Assembly: GCA_031409335.1 (NCBI GenBank)
Contig: JANNWY010000039.1
Coordinates: forward strand, 1 to 53,682
Source of the DNA: Chthoniobacteraceae bacterium
Lineage (GTDB): Bacteria; Verrucomicrobiota; Verrucomicrobiia; Chthoniobacterales; Chthoniobacteraceae
Direction of reading: 5' to 3'
Length of the DNA stretch: 53,682 nucleotides
Part shown: in pieces, positions 28,602 through 38,302 of the stretch
Numbering within the stretch: the first letter of the stretch is position 1
Layout of the letters: the number at the start of each line of letters is the position of its first letter
The notes under the pieces: model-generated
The model's input: the letters and a program-made list of their open reading frames with translations, nothing else
The model's database searches: none
Told to the model about the DNA's origin: nothing
Program-made: the position numbers and the translations under genes

Positions 28602-28742
28602 ACACGGAGGACGCGGAAAATGCGGATGGGGAGGAGGTTGTGTTCCGTATCGCCGGGAGGGCGTCAGTCACCGATGGGGTGAGCGGCTCAAGGTTCGTAG
28701 TCTCCGCGTCCTCCGTGCCGTCCGCGTTGTCCGCGGTTCCCA
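28602..28742. repeat. Inverted pair of nonamer arrays (CGCGGA / TCCGCG cores)
   Basis: acacggagg acgcggaaa atgcggatg versus ctccgcgtc ctccgtgcc gtccgcgtt gtccgcggt; the left arm is shorter and abuts the IS3 end. Confidence 0.7.
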
Positions 28743-29109
28743 TCGTCAAATCTGGGGACAACGGGCATCAAAAGTTTCGCGGATTTTCGTCCCTGCGCTG
28801 CATGCACAATCGTGCGCAAACCCGCGTATTTCCTTGCTTCGCTGCCCATGAATGGTCGCGCGACCCCGCCCCAATGCGCCTCGCCGCAGTCCCCCGGTTC
28901 TCGCACACACCGCACCAGCCATCATTTTTCCACTGAACTTTGGACACCATTGCCTCCGCGCATTTTTGCCTTTCTGTTCCGATATCGTAAAATGACTTGC
29001 GCATCGGAAAGTCGCGCGCAATCCTTCGACGCCCTCAGAACTGACTCGTCGAAACGTTCCCCCTGATCGCGACGCGACGTCTGACCACCATTAGAACAAC
29101 GTTTTTGCT

Positions 29110-32100
29110 GTGACTAAGTCATTCTTTTCGCCCGACTTGCGCTCTCGTCATCGTCTCGAAATCCCCGCTTCCGCCGGGGGCACGCGGGTGTTTTTTGGAA
29201 CGGCGGGTGGTCGCATCCGGGGACTCGCCGCTGGGATCATGCGCGGATCTGCTGTGGTTTGTTTCGGGCTCGCATTCATCGCCTCCGGCACGGCTGCGCA
29301 CGCTTCGTCATTTACCGTCACCGCGACCGATATTGCGCCTTCCGCGATATTGGAAAGTCAGATCGCCGGCATTCTGCGGGTGGCCGTCGCAAATCCCGCG
29401 GCGGGCGGTGCGCCGACTCTGCGCTTGTCACGATTTGGCCTGCGACTGGAGGGGCCGGCGGGGGCGGGGCTCGCGACTCTCGCGGCGAGCGATTTGTTCT
29501 CTTCGATCGAAGTCTATCTGGATGCAAACGCATCCGGCGCGTTCGAGCCCGCGTTCGATAAGTTTGTGAACGCGCTGTTTTCGCCTGATGTCGCCGCTGA
29601 CGGCACGTTGGGCATTGAGATGGCGGCGGCGGAACCCGCGGACCTGGAAGTGTCGTCCGCCAACACCGCCAATTACTTCATTGTTGTTCGCCTTTCCCCA
29701 AATGCATCCGCCGCCAACCCGAGCACTTTCCGGATCACCCATATGGGCGGCGGCGGTGCAACCAGTGCGGTTGACGCCGGAAACGGCGCGCCGCTCACTC
29801 TGACGACTGCGCTGAACGTCGCATCAAAGATCGTCACCGCGACTGTCAATCACCCGCCGACCACGAGCGGACTTGCGAATGTGACCGCTTTCGACAACGC
29901 GGCCCAGGGAGTGGTCCTGCTCCACCCCGCGTTTCAAGATGCGGAAGACGCATCGAATTTGCTGACCTATACCATCACCAGCAATACCAACCCGAGCCTC
30001 TTCGGCTTTGTGGGAATCGAGGCAGCGGCTGGCAGACTGCTATGCACTTATGTGCCGGGTGTTACCGGTGTGGCGCAGCTTACAATCAGGGCGGCGGATA
30101 CATTGGGGAAATCGGTCACGGCCTCGTTGCTGGTGAAAGTGAATCCATTCATCACCTATACGGATTTCATGGCGGTCTATCCGGGCGCTGGCGGACCATT
30201 GGAACGGAGCCTTCCAAATGGGCAGACGAATCTCCTGAGCTATGCTTTTTTCCTCAATCAAGGCCTGAACGGCGGAACCGCGGGTCTGCCACGGCTGCAA
30301 GGCATCGGCAACGCCCGAATCTTCAGCCACCTCCGGCCCAAGTCGGCAAGCGATGTCTTCTTCAACTACCAGCTCTCGCAGGATTTGCAGGCATGGGTGC
30401 CTGCGGTAAAGAACGTGGATTATTACGAAAACACGCGGGACATGGGTGATGGCTCGGTGAGCGTCGAGCTACTTTTGCTGAACCAGTGGCAAAAGGCATT
30501 CATGCGGGTCCAGACCCAGTTGGTGGGATCGCCCGCCCCGCCTCCGCCAAACGACCCACAGCCGCCCGGCGGTGGTGAGCCGCCGCTGCCACAGCCGCCA
30601 CCGCCTGGGACCGGAGTTCCCATCGTCAGTAGCGCTGTTTATCCCTCCCAGTTCGTCATTGGCAACAGCCAGACCTATGCATCCGACGTTGCTGTCATCG
30701 ACATGGACAATGATGGCTTTAAGGATGTGGTGGCTGCATCCCAGCGCGACAACAAGGTTGCCTGGTATCACAACAATCAAGATGGGACTTTTGGAGCGGC
30801 TCAGATCATCACTACATCGGCAGCCGGAGTGATCGCGGTCGCAGCCGCGGACTTGGACAACGATGGGTTGGTGGATGTGGCATCCGCCTCACAAAATGAC
30901 AATAAAATTGCCTGGTACAAGCGGAATGCGAACGGAAGTTTCGGCCCGCAACAGGTGCTGAACCTCGCGGCGCAGTTCCCAACGGCGCTGGAGACTGTTG
31001 ATCTGGACAATGACGGGAAGCGGGATGTCATTTATGCCTCCTGGTTTGGCGGTCACATCTCGTGGTGCAAAAATCTTGGGAACGGGGCATTTGCTTCCGC
31101 GCAGATCGTCACAAACCAGTCCGTGGCACCATACGGGGTTACGGCTGCCGATTTGGATGGAGATGGTGTGAAAGACATCGTCACGGGTTCGACCAGCAGC
31201 GATTCGGTTGATTGGTATAAAGGAACTGGCGACGGGACTGTTGGGGTAAGGCGGAGATTGACTGTGGCGGGGGATGCCGCGTTCGATGCCCCAGTGTCAT
31301 TTTCGTCGGGTGATCTCGATGGCGACGGGCTGCTGGATATTGTCGCTTCCGATGCTGCCACAAATAAGATCGCCTGGTTCAGGAATCTTGGGGGCGCGAA
31401 CTTCGCTGCGCGGCAGATCATTTCGAATCAGGGTATTGCCAACTATGCGGTGTTGGTAAGTGACATCAATGGCGACGGGCTGCTGGATGTGCTTTCGGCT
31501 TCTCAGGGTAACAGTAAAGTCGCGTGGTATCGCAATTGGGGCGGAGGCAACTTTGGCGACCCGGACGCGAACCAACTGATTATCACGGAAACCGCGGCCG
31601 GGGTCTATTCGGTAGCGACGGGAGACTTTAATCAGGATGGCAAGCTGGACGTGGCTTCCGCTTCGCAGGATGACTCGAAAGTAGCGGTTTACTTCAATCG
31701 CGGCGGGCAAAGCGGACTATCCACGACGGATATCGCGCCGGCAGTGATGTTGGATGGACAGCAGCGTGCAATTTTGCGGATCGAAGTGGGCAATCGAGGC
31801 ATCCCAGGCAACGACAATGCGCGGCTTGATACCGTCTCGCTGCTATTGGACAGCAGCGCGGGCGTGCCGCTGACGACCGCACAAGCCAATGCGTTGATTG
31901 AAAGCCTTCGCATCTATGCGGACATCAACGACTCAGGCGCTTTTGAGAGCAATGTCGATGTGCCGGTGGCGATGATCCCGCATTTGGTTTTGAATGCCGG
32001 CAAACTCACTGTGCCAGTGCAGGGCAACGCCCTTGCCATCCAGATTGCGCCAGGCACTTCCCGCAGCTTCTTCGTGGTGCCGCGCCTGACTGTTAATGCC

Positions 32101-32898
32101 GGTGCCCAGAATCCCGCTGCGTTTCGACTAACCCACTTTACCCAGGGCATCGGCCTGAGCACGGCGCGGGACGCTTTTACCGGCGCGCTGCTGACCGTGG
32201 AAGCGTCACCCGTTTCGTCGGTCACTTCATCGGTCACGACAGCGACCACCAATAGCTCGCCGACTACCGTGGGACTGCCGAGTATTGTCGTGAATGATAC
32301 TGTGCTGCCGAGCGCAGTGTCCCTGAAAAGCTACTTTGGCGATCTGGAAGACGGTCCCGACAGCCTTCGCTATGAAGTAACAGGGAATACGAATGCTGGC
32401 TTGTTTTCGTTCGCCGGGATTGATGCGAATGCCAAGCTCATTCTCCGCTATCGGCCCGGGATTTCGGGCAATGCGACTATCACTGTCAAGGCGACGGACA
32501 CGGCTGGGAAGTCAGTTACTTCTTCGCTCTCGGCTTCCGTTGTCCTTGCGAATACTTTCAACGCCTGGGTTGGCGGGGGCGCGGGGGCCACCCAGCAGAC
32601 ATTGTTGCGATATGCCTTTGGGCTGAGTCCGTTGGGCGGCGGTGTCGCTGGGCTGCCGCGAATGAAAATCCAGGGAAAATCGCGGGTGATAACTCATCTG
32701 AAACCGACATGGGCAACCGATCTCAACTACCAGTATGAGATTTCCCAGGACTTGCTCTCGTGGGTTCCGGCAACGCCAGGCACCCACTACCACGAGTTCT
32801 CGAAAAACCTGCCCAATGCCATCCGGCAAACGGATCTGGTCCTGTTGGTGAACTGGCCAAAGGCTTACCTGCGCGCGCGCGCGGTGCTCGCGAACTAA
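29110..32898 (+). CDS. Large secreted FG-GAP/VCBS-type repeat protein with a duplicated flanking module
   Basis: Seven DxDxDGxxD blades; Pro-rich linker; two similar modules of about 400 aa each starting TDIAP. Start may be ATG 29239 (signal peptide MRGSAVVCFGLAFIA). Confidence 0.88.
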   Translation: MTKSFFSPDLRSRHRLEIPASAGGTRVFFGTAGGRIRGLAAGIMRGSAVVCFGLAFIASGTAAHASSFTVTATDIAPSAILESQIAGILRVAVANPAAGGAPTLRLSRFGLRLEGPAGAGLATLAASDLFSSIEVYLDANASGAFEPAFDKFVNALFSPDVAADGTLGIEMAAAEPADLEVSSANTANYFIVVRLSPNASAANPSTFRITHMGGGGATSAVDAGNGAPLTLTTALNVASKIVTATVNHPPTTSGLANVTAFDNAAQGVVLLHPAFQDAEDASNLLTYTITSNTNPSLFGFVGIEAAAGRLLCTYVPGVTGVAQLTIRAADTLGKSVTASLLVKVNPFITYTDFMAVYPGAGGPLERSLPNGQTNLLSYAFFLNQGLNGGTAGLPRLQGIGNARIFSHLRPKSASDVFFNYQLSQDLQAWVPAVKNVDYYENTRDMGDGSVSVELLLLNQWQKAFMRVQTQLVGSPAPPPPNDPQPPGGGEPPLPQPPPPGTGVPIVSSAVYPSQFVIGNSQTYASDVAVIDMDNDGFKDVVAASQRDNKVAWYHNNQDGTFGAAQIITTSAAGVIAVAAADLDNDGLVDVASASQNDNKIAWYKRNANGSFGPQQVLNLAAQFPTALETVDLDNDGKRDVIYASWFGGHISWCKNLGNGAFASAQIVTNQSVAPYGVTAADLDGDGVKDIVTGSTSSDSVDWYKGTGDGTVGVRRRLTVAGDAAFDAPVSFSSGDLDGDGLLDIVASDAATNKIAWFRNLGGANFAARQIISNQGIANYAVLVSDINGDGLLDVLSASQGNSKVAWYRNWGGGNFGDPDANQLIITETAAGVYSVATGDFNQDGKLDVASASQDDSKVAVYFNRGGQSGLSTTDIAPAVMLDGQQRAILRIEVGNRGIPGNDNARLDTVSLLLDSSAGVPLTTAQANALIESLRIYADINDSGAFESNVDVPVAMIPHLVLNAGKLTVPVQGNALAIQIAPGTSRSFFVVPRLTVNAGAQNPAAFRLTHFTQGIGLSTARDAFTGALLTVEASPVSSVTSSVTTATTNSSPTTVGLPSIVVNDTVLPSAVSLKSYFGDLEDGPDSLRYEVTGNTNAGLFSFAGIDANAKLILRYRPGISGNATITVKATDTAGKSVTSSLSASVVLANTFNAWVGGGAGATQQTLLRYAFGLSPLGGGVAGLPRMKIQGKSRVITHLKPTWATDLNYQYEISQDLLSWVPATPGTHYHEFSKNLPNAIRQTDLVLLVNWPKAYLRARAVLAN

Positions 32899-32904
32899 CT
32901 TCGT

Positions 32905-33897
32905 TCAGGAAGTCTGCCGGAGGATTTCAGCGATCACTTCATCGCTGGTCCTGCCTTCCGCCTCGCCCTCGAAGTTCATGATGATGCGATGGCGCAGCGC
33001 GGCGACTGCCGCCTTGTCGATATCCGCGCGCGAGACGTGGTAGCGGTCGTCCAGCAGCGCGTGAATTTTTGCCGCGAGGATCAGCGCCTGGGCACCGCGC
33101 GGGCTGGCGCCGTAACGGACGTATTTTTTCGCGAGTGGCGCGGATTGCTTTCCTTCCGGGTGCGTGGACATCACCAGGTCGATGGCATGGGTTTGGACTT
33201 CGCGGGTGAGCGGCACCTCACGCACCACCTCGCGCAGGGCGATCACCTCGTGGGAACTGTGCAGGACTTTCGCGATCATCGGCGGCGCGCTCGCGGTCGT
33301 GCGATCCAGGATGGTGTGGAGTTCCTCCGCGCTGGGGAAGCGGACTTTCAGTTTGAAAATGAAACGATCGAGCTGCGCTTCGGGGAGCGGATAGGTGCCT
33401 TCCATTTCCAGCGGATTTTGGGTGGCGAGGACGAGGAATGGCTGCTGGATGGGGTGCTGGACACCGCCGACGGTGACGTGATTTTCCTGCATCGCTTCGA
33501 GCAGGGCGCTCTGCGTTTTTGGCGTGGCGCGGTTGATTTCGTCGGCGAGCAGGATGTTTGCGAAAACGGGTCCCGGCTGGAAGCTCACCGCTTTTTGTCC
33601 GCGCTCGTTTTCCATGATGATGCTGGTGCCGATGATGTCGGCTGGCATCAGATCGGGCGTGAATTGGACCCGTGAAAATGTGAGATCGACGGCCTCGGCG
33701 AGGGTGCGGACCAGCATCGTTTTACCGAGCCCCGGCACGCCTTCGAGCAGGACGTGGCCTCCGGCGAAAAATGCGACGAGCACGCCTTCGACGATTTCCT
33801 GCTGGCCCACGATCAGCCGGCCCATCTCGTCCCGGATGCGCTGAAAGGTGGATTTGAATTGCTGGACGCGCGCGTGAAGGGCTGGGGCTTCGGTCAT
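32905..33897 (-). CDS. moxR: MoxR-family AAA+ ATPase
   Basis: GHVLLEGVPGLGKT, RVQFTPDLMPAD, LADEINRATPKTQSALLEAMQE, EGTYPLPEAQLDRF. Confidence 0.95.
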   Translation of the reverse strand: MTEAPALHARVQQFKSTFQRIRDEMGRLIVGQQEIVEGVLVAFFAGGHVLLEGVPGLGKTMLVRTLAEAVDLTFSRVQFTPDLMPADIIGTSIIMENERGQKAVSFQPGPVFANILLADEINRATPKTQSALLEAMQENHVTVGGVQHPIQQPFLVLATQNPLEMEGTYPLPEAQLDRFIFKLKVRFPSAEELHTILDRTTASAPPMIAKVLHSSHEVIALREVVREVPLTREVQTHAIDLVMSTHPEGKQSAPLAKKYVRYGASPRGAQALILAAKIHALLDDRYHVSRADIDKAAVAALRHRIIMNFEGEAEGRTSDEVIAEILRQTS

Positions 33898-33900
33898 AAG

Positions 33901-35475
33901 TTATTCTTTGGGTCGGATGCTCTCGAAGTAACGCTTGATCAGGAAGCGCGAGCCAAGCGGAATATTTTCCTGCACGACGGCTTCCTCGGCGGAGGGAGCC
34001 ATCGCTTCGTAGATTTCCTTGTAACGACGCGAGGATTTCGAGGTGTCGCCCGCGGTCGGGAGCAGTTGTGAAAGCGACTCGCCTTCATTGAGGCGGCCTT
34101 TCAATGACGCATCGGTTTGTTTGTTCGCGGTCTCGCCGGCCGTTTTTCCAAAAGGCGTTTCGGTGGTGCCGGTGTCGCGTTCGCTGCCTGGCTGGCCGGA
34201 GGGTATCTGCGTTCCGTCGGGCGACGAGCCATCGGGATTGGGCTTGGAAAAAGACTGGATGGTGAGCTGGCCCTTGCCATCGCCAGAGGCTTTGGGTTCG
34301 CCGCCGGGGGAATCCTGCGGCTCGCCAAACTTCATGTTTTCCAGCGCGGACATCAGTTGCTTGAGCTGCTCGGCGGAGGGCTGCTGGCCGGGTTTGCCGG
34401 AATTGCCTTTCTGCTGCCCCATTTTCTTCAGCATTTGGGCCAGCTTTTGCAGTGCCTCGTTCGACGCGCCTTCACCGGCATTTTGCTGGAGCTGTTTGGC
34501 GAGTTGCCGCATCGCCTGGGAAAGTTCGCGCTGTTTTGAGAGCCGTTCGAGCGCTTCGCGCAAAGCCTTTTCGGCTTCCTCTTTCGTCGGCTGCTTTGCG
34601 GCGTCCTCGAGTTCCTGCGCCGCTTTGGCCAGATCACCGGCTTGCATGGCATCGGCGGCTGGTTTGGTCGCTTCGTTCTTCGCGAGCGCTTCCGCGAGTT
34701 GTTTCATTTCCTCGGGTGAAACATTTTCGGGCGGCTTTTGCATTTGCTGCACGAGCTGCTGGAGATTGGAAAGTTCCCGCAACGCATTCTTCGCCGCTTC
34801 ATCCGCGCCATTCTCCTGCGCGCGCAATTGTTCGGCGCTCTTCCTTAATTGCTCGGCGAGCTTTTTCAACTCCTCGTCCTTCGCGGGATCGAGCGATTTC
34901 TCGATTTCCTTCGCGAGTTGTTCGAGCTGGTTCGCCGTCGGGCTGACTTGTTTCTGCGCGGCCTCGGCGGCGCGTTGCCGCTCGCCCGCGGCGATGCGCG
35001 ATTCCCAATGCAGCAGCGCCAGCGTGATCACCGGGAAGATCAGGTAACGAATCGCGCCCGGCATCCGAATCGGGATCAAGCGGGGCAGGTTTTTCCTGGC
35101 AAGAAAAGCGCGGCACTCGTCCGCGGCGAGCTGTTGAAAGGGCGTCGGTTTTCCCGTGAACGCGAGCGCCGTGAGCGAGCGATCGTGCGTCCCGCCGAGC
35201 CGGTCCACCGTCGCCGCCACGTCCGGCAAAGGCACCCGGCGGAGCATCGTCGCGAAAAACGCCGCCAAGGCTGCGAAGGCCGGCGCAGCCTGCCACCACG
35301 CGGGCGGCAGTGGCTCGCGATGCAGCACCCAGCGCAGCCCGGCCACGATCACGATCAGCATGAACCCGGCGCAAAGCGTAAAGCGCACGAACCAATCCAT
35401 GAACCAGTGCGCCCGCATCCGCCTTCGCGCGGCGCGCAGACTGCGCAGGAGATCGTCGTTCGGGTTCGTATTCAA
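33901..35475 (-). CDS. Membrane-anchored coiled-coil protein, likely co-transcribed with moxR
   Basis: N-terminal TM helices, long Q/E/K/A coiled coil, Gly/Pro linker, C-terminal IPLGSRFLIKRYFESI; 3 nt from the moxR start. Confidence 0.8.
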   Translation of the reverse strand: MNTNPNDDLLRSLRAARRRMRAHWFMDWFVRFTLCAGFMLIVIVAGLRWVLHREPLPPAWWQAAPAFAALAAFFATMLRRVPLPDVAATVDRLGGTHDRSLTALAFTGKPTPFQQLAADECRAFLARKNLPRLIPIRMPGAIRYLIFPVITLALLHWESRIAAGERQRAAEAAQKQVSPTANQLEQLAKEIEKSLDPAKDEELKKLAEQLRKSAEQLRAQENGADEAAKNALRELSNLQQLVQQMQKPPENVSPEEMKQLAEALAKNEATKPAADAMQAGDLAKAAQELEDAAKQPTKEEAEKALREALERLSKQRELSQAMRQLAKQLQQNAGEGASNEALQKLAQMLKKMGQQKGNSGKPGQQPSAEQLKQLMSALENMKFGEPQDSPGGEPKASGDGKGQLTIQSFSKPNPDGSSPDGTQIPSGQPGSERDTGTTETPFGKTAGETANKQTDASLKGRLNEGESLSQLLPTAGDTSKSSRRYKEIYEAMAPSAEEAVVQENIPLGSRFLIKRYFESIRPKE

Positions 35476-35584
35476 AATGCGGCCCGCACACTAGCGGATG
35501 CGCGCGCCCGCGCAATCCAGCCGTGCCGCGCGCAAAAATCGCGATCTCGCTTTCCACTCACGAGCCCTCCACGCTCGCGCTTCG

Positions 35585-36442
35585 ATGTGGCTCCTCAAAG
35601 TTGCCCGCCCAGGCTTCTGGCTCACCTCCATTTGGTTTTACCTCCTTCCCGTCGGTGGGCGCGCGGTTTGGCACGAATGGACGTTCTGGCTGGGGCTCCT
35701 CTACGTCACCTTTCCGCTCGGGCTGCTAATTTACGGCTGGAACGATCTTTTCGACGCGGAAAATGACCGGCGCAATCCGCGCAAGGACACCTTCCTCTTC
35801 GGCGCGCGCCCGATCGCCGCGCAGCTCGCCGCCCTTCCCCGATGGATCGCCATCGTTCAGGGTCCATTCGCGTTGGCTTTCCTCCTGCTCGTCGGCGTGA
35901 AAACGCTGCCGTGGTGGGCCGCGGTCGTCGGCGCGACTGCGCTCTACAATCTGCCCCGGATCGGCTTCAAGAACTGGCCCATCGTCGATCTGCTCAACCA
36001 GATTTCCTACGTCCTCGTCTTTATCCTCAGCAGTTGGCTGAATGCCGTCCCGCAGGCACCGTGGTTCACATTCGCTTTCGGCGCGCTCTTCGCCATGCAC
36101 TCGCACCTCTTTGGCGAAATCATGGATCACGGGATCGATCTGATCGCCGGTCGGCGCACCACCGCCGGTGCGTTTGGCGTGCTCCCCGCGAAATCGCTCC
36201 TCGCCGCCCTGCTCCTCGTCGAATCCTGCATCGTCTGGCGGTTTGCCCACGATCCGTGGATGGCCGCCGCCCTTTTCGCCGGTTCGCTCTTTTTCGTCGG
36301 CGATGCCACGCTGCTCTGGCGCTCCCGGCCTTACGCCGGCTGGCAGATGCGGTTCTTTTTCCTCGGTTGGAATGCCGCGGCCTTGTGCAGCATCCCGTGG
36401 GTCTGGTGGACCGCACGCCTCGCTTCGCCACTCGCGAAATAG
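35585..36442 (+). CDS. UbiA-family prenyltransferase
   Basis: RPGFW, YGWNDLFDAENDRRNPRK, EIMDHGIDLIAGRRT; multi-pass membrane protein. Start uncertain. Confidence 0.82.
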   Translation: MWLLKVARPGFWLTSIWFYLLPVGGRAVWHEWTFWLGLLYVTFPLGLLIYGWNDLFDAENDRRNPRKDTFLFGARPIAAQLAALPRWIAIVQGPFALAFLLLVGVKTLPWWAAVVGATALYNLPRIGFKNWPIVDLLNQISYVLVFILSSWLNAVPQAPWFTFAFGALFAMHSHLFGEIMDHGIDLIAGRRTTAGAFGVLPAKSLLAALLLVESCIVWRFAHDPWMAAALFAGSLFFVGDATLLWRSRPYAGWQMRFFFLGWNAAALCSIPWVWWTARLASPLAK

Positions 36443-36560
36443 CCGGGGAAACGGCCCGCGCACGGTGAAAAATTAGCGGAAGATTCCCGTTGCGTTCGCC
36501 GGAGGTCGCGCTTAAAACTCCCGTCCATTTTTCTCCTGCTAAAACTACGCCTGTATTTCT

Positions 36561-37286
36561 ATGTCCACTGAACTGATGACGGAACTTCTCGAGGCTGGTG
36601 TCCACTTTGGCCACCAGACCAAACGCTGGAATCCGAAGATGAAGCCATACATTTTCGAGAAGCGCAACGCCATCTACATCATCAATCTCGGTGAAACCGT
36701 GAAGCAGCTCCAAGGCGCGACCGAATTCATCGGCAGCGTCGCCGCGCGCGGCGGGAAAATCCTCTTCGTCGGCACGAAAAAGCAGGCGCAGGAAGCCATC
36801 AAGGAAGCGGCTTTGGCGTGTGGACACTTTTACGTGAACCAGCGCTGGCTCGGCGGCACGCTCACCAATCTCGCCACCATCCGCAAGAGCATCGCCCGGA
36901 TGAAATACATCGAGAACCTCGAAAAGCAGCCAGATTATTCCAAGATGGGCAACCAGGAAATCTCTGCCATCAAGCGTGAAGGCGAGAAGCTTCGCAAGAA
37001 TCTCGAAGGCATCCGGGACATGGAGAAGAAGCCCGATGCGATGGTCGTCATCGACACGATGCGCGAGGAAATCGCCGTCGCCGAAGGCCGCCGTCTCGGG
37101 ATACCCGTCGTCGCCATCGTGGACACGAATGCAAACCCCGACCTGATCGACTACCCGATCGCGGGCAATGACGACGCCATCCGCGCCATCCGCATCGTCC
37201 TCCAGAAAATCGTCGATGCCATCGTGTCCGCCAGTTCCGGCAGCGTGAAGCAGGAGCAGGCCGCGCTCGCGGGCGTCGCGGAGTAG
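36561..37286 (+). CDS. rpsB: 30S ribosomal protein S2
   Basis: LLEAGVHFGHQTKRWNPKM, RWLGGTLTN, GNDDAIRAI. Confidence 0.98.
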   Translation: MSTELMTELLEAGVHFGHQTKRWNPKMKPYIFEKRNAIYIINLGETVKQLQGATEFIGSVAARGGKILFVGTKKQAQEAIKEAALACGHFYVNQRWLGGTLTNLATIRKSIARMKYIENLEKQPDYSKMGNQEISAIKREGEKLRKNLEGIRDMEKKPDAMVVIDTMREEIAVAEGRRLGIPVVAIVDTNANPDLIDYPIAGNDDAIRAIRIVLQKIVDAIVSASSGSVKQEQAALAGVAE

Positions 37287-37297
37287 CGCGCCGCGCC

Positions 37298-37389
37298 AGT
37301 TGAGGCATGGGCTTTGAGTGTTGAGGACACCCTCGACGTTCAACCGCTCGCTCCCCATCGCCGCGCCACTCAACTCTCAACCTTCAACA
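37298..37389. repeat. Inverted heptamer arrays (GTTGAG / CTCAAC cores) between rpsB and tsf
   Basis: agttgag gcatggg ctttgag tgttgag ... ctcaact ctcaacc ttcaaca. Confidence 0.6.
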
Positions 37390-37402
37390 CTTTTTCATTC
37401 CC

Positions 37403-38251
37403 ATGTCCGTAGTCATCGACGCCCAATTAGTCAAAGCCCTCCGCGAGAAAACCAACGCGGGTTTGATGGAATGCAAACGCGCGCTCGGCGAGACCAATGG
37501 CGATCTCGAAGCCGCCGTGGATTTGCTCCGCAAAAAAGGCGCGGCGACCGCGGCGAAGAAAGCGGATCGCGAAGCGAAAGACGGGACCATCGCCCAAGCC
37601 ATCCTGCCCGGTGCGAAAGTCGGCGTGCTCGTCGAAGTAAATTGCGAAACTGATTTCGTCGCAAAGAACGACAGCTTCAAAGCCTTCTGCGATGACATTA
37701 CGAAAAAGATCGCGGCGGACCCCGGCAGCGACCTCGAAACGGATAGGGTCAACGCCGTTCAGAAGATCGGCGAGAACGTGATCATCCGCCGCTTCGAGCG
37801 CCTCGAAGTCACCGGCAACGGCCTCGTTGCCGCTTACATTCACACCGGCGGCAAAGTCGGCGTGCTCGTCGAAGTCGGCGCGCAGAACGACGCGACCACG
37901 CAGCACGAGGATTTCAAGCAACTCGTGCGCGACATCACGTTGCAAATCGCCGCTGCCAATCCCATCTGCGTCGATCGCATGCAAGTCCCCGCCGACCTCG
38001 TCGAGCGCGAACGCGAAGTCTATCGCGGCCAGGTTCCTCCGGGGAAACCCGCGAACATCATCGAGAAAATCGTCGATGGGAAAATGGACAAATTTTTCAG
38101 CAACTCTTGCCTGATCGATCAGGCGTTCATCAAGAATCCGGACGTGACGATGACCCAATTGCTCGCCGAAAAGAGCAAGGCGCTCGGTGAAACGCTTTCC
38201 ATCCGCCGTTTCGTCCGCTTCATGGTCGGCGAGAATATCGTCGCGGCGTAG
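37403..38251 (+). CDS. tsf: Elongation factor Ts
   Basis: VKALREKTNAGLMECKRAL, EVNCETDFVA, IRRFVRF. Confidence 0.98.
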   Translation: MSVVIDAQLVKALREKTNAGLMECKRALGETNGDLEAAVDLLRKKGAATAAKKADREAKDGTIAQAILPGAKVGVLVEVNCETDFVAKNDSFKAFCDDITKKIAADPGSDLETDRVNAVQKIGENVIIRRFERLEVTGNGLVAAYIHTGGKVGVLVEVGAQNDATTQHEDFKQLVRDITLQIAAANPICVDRMQVPADLVEREREVYRGQVPPGKPANIIEKIVDGKMDKFFSNSCLIDQAFIKNPDVTMTQLLAEKSKALGETLSIRRFVRFMVGENIVAA

Positions 38252-38302
38252 TTCCGACGCTTGATTTTACGCCTGCGGGGACACAACGTGGCGGCCAAGT
38301 TT

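Noticed and set aside
36490..36560. rpsB promoter (TTGCGT-17-TAAAAC) and S2 autoregulatory leader
   Set aside because: Weak -10 match and no recognisable leader structure by eye.
37616..37875. Exact 23-bp direct repeat inside tsf (37616-37638, 37853-37875)
   Set aside because: Encodes KVGVLVEV in the two pseudo-symmetric EF-Ts subdomains; explained by the known internal repeat plus codon bias.
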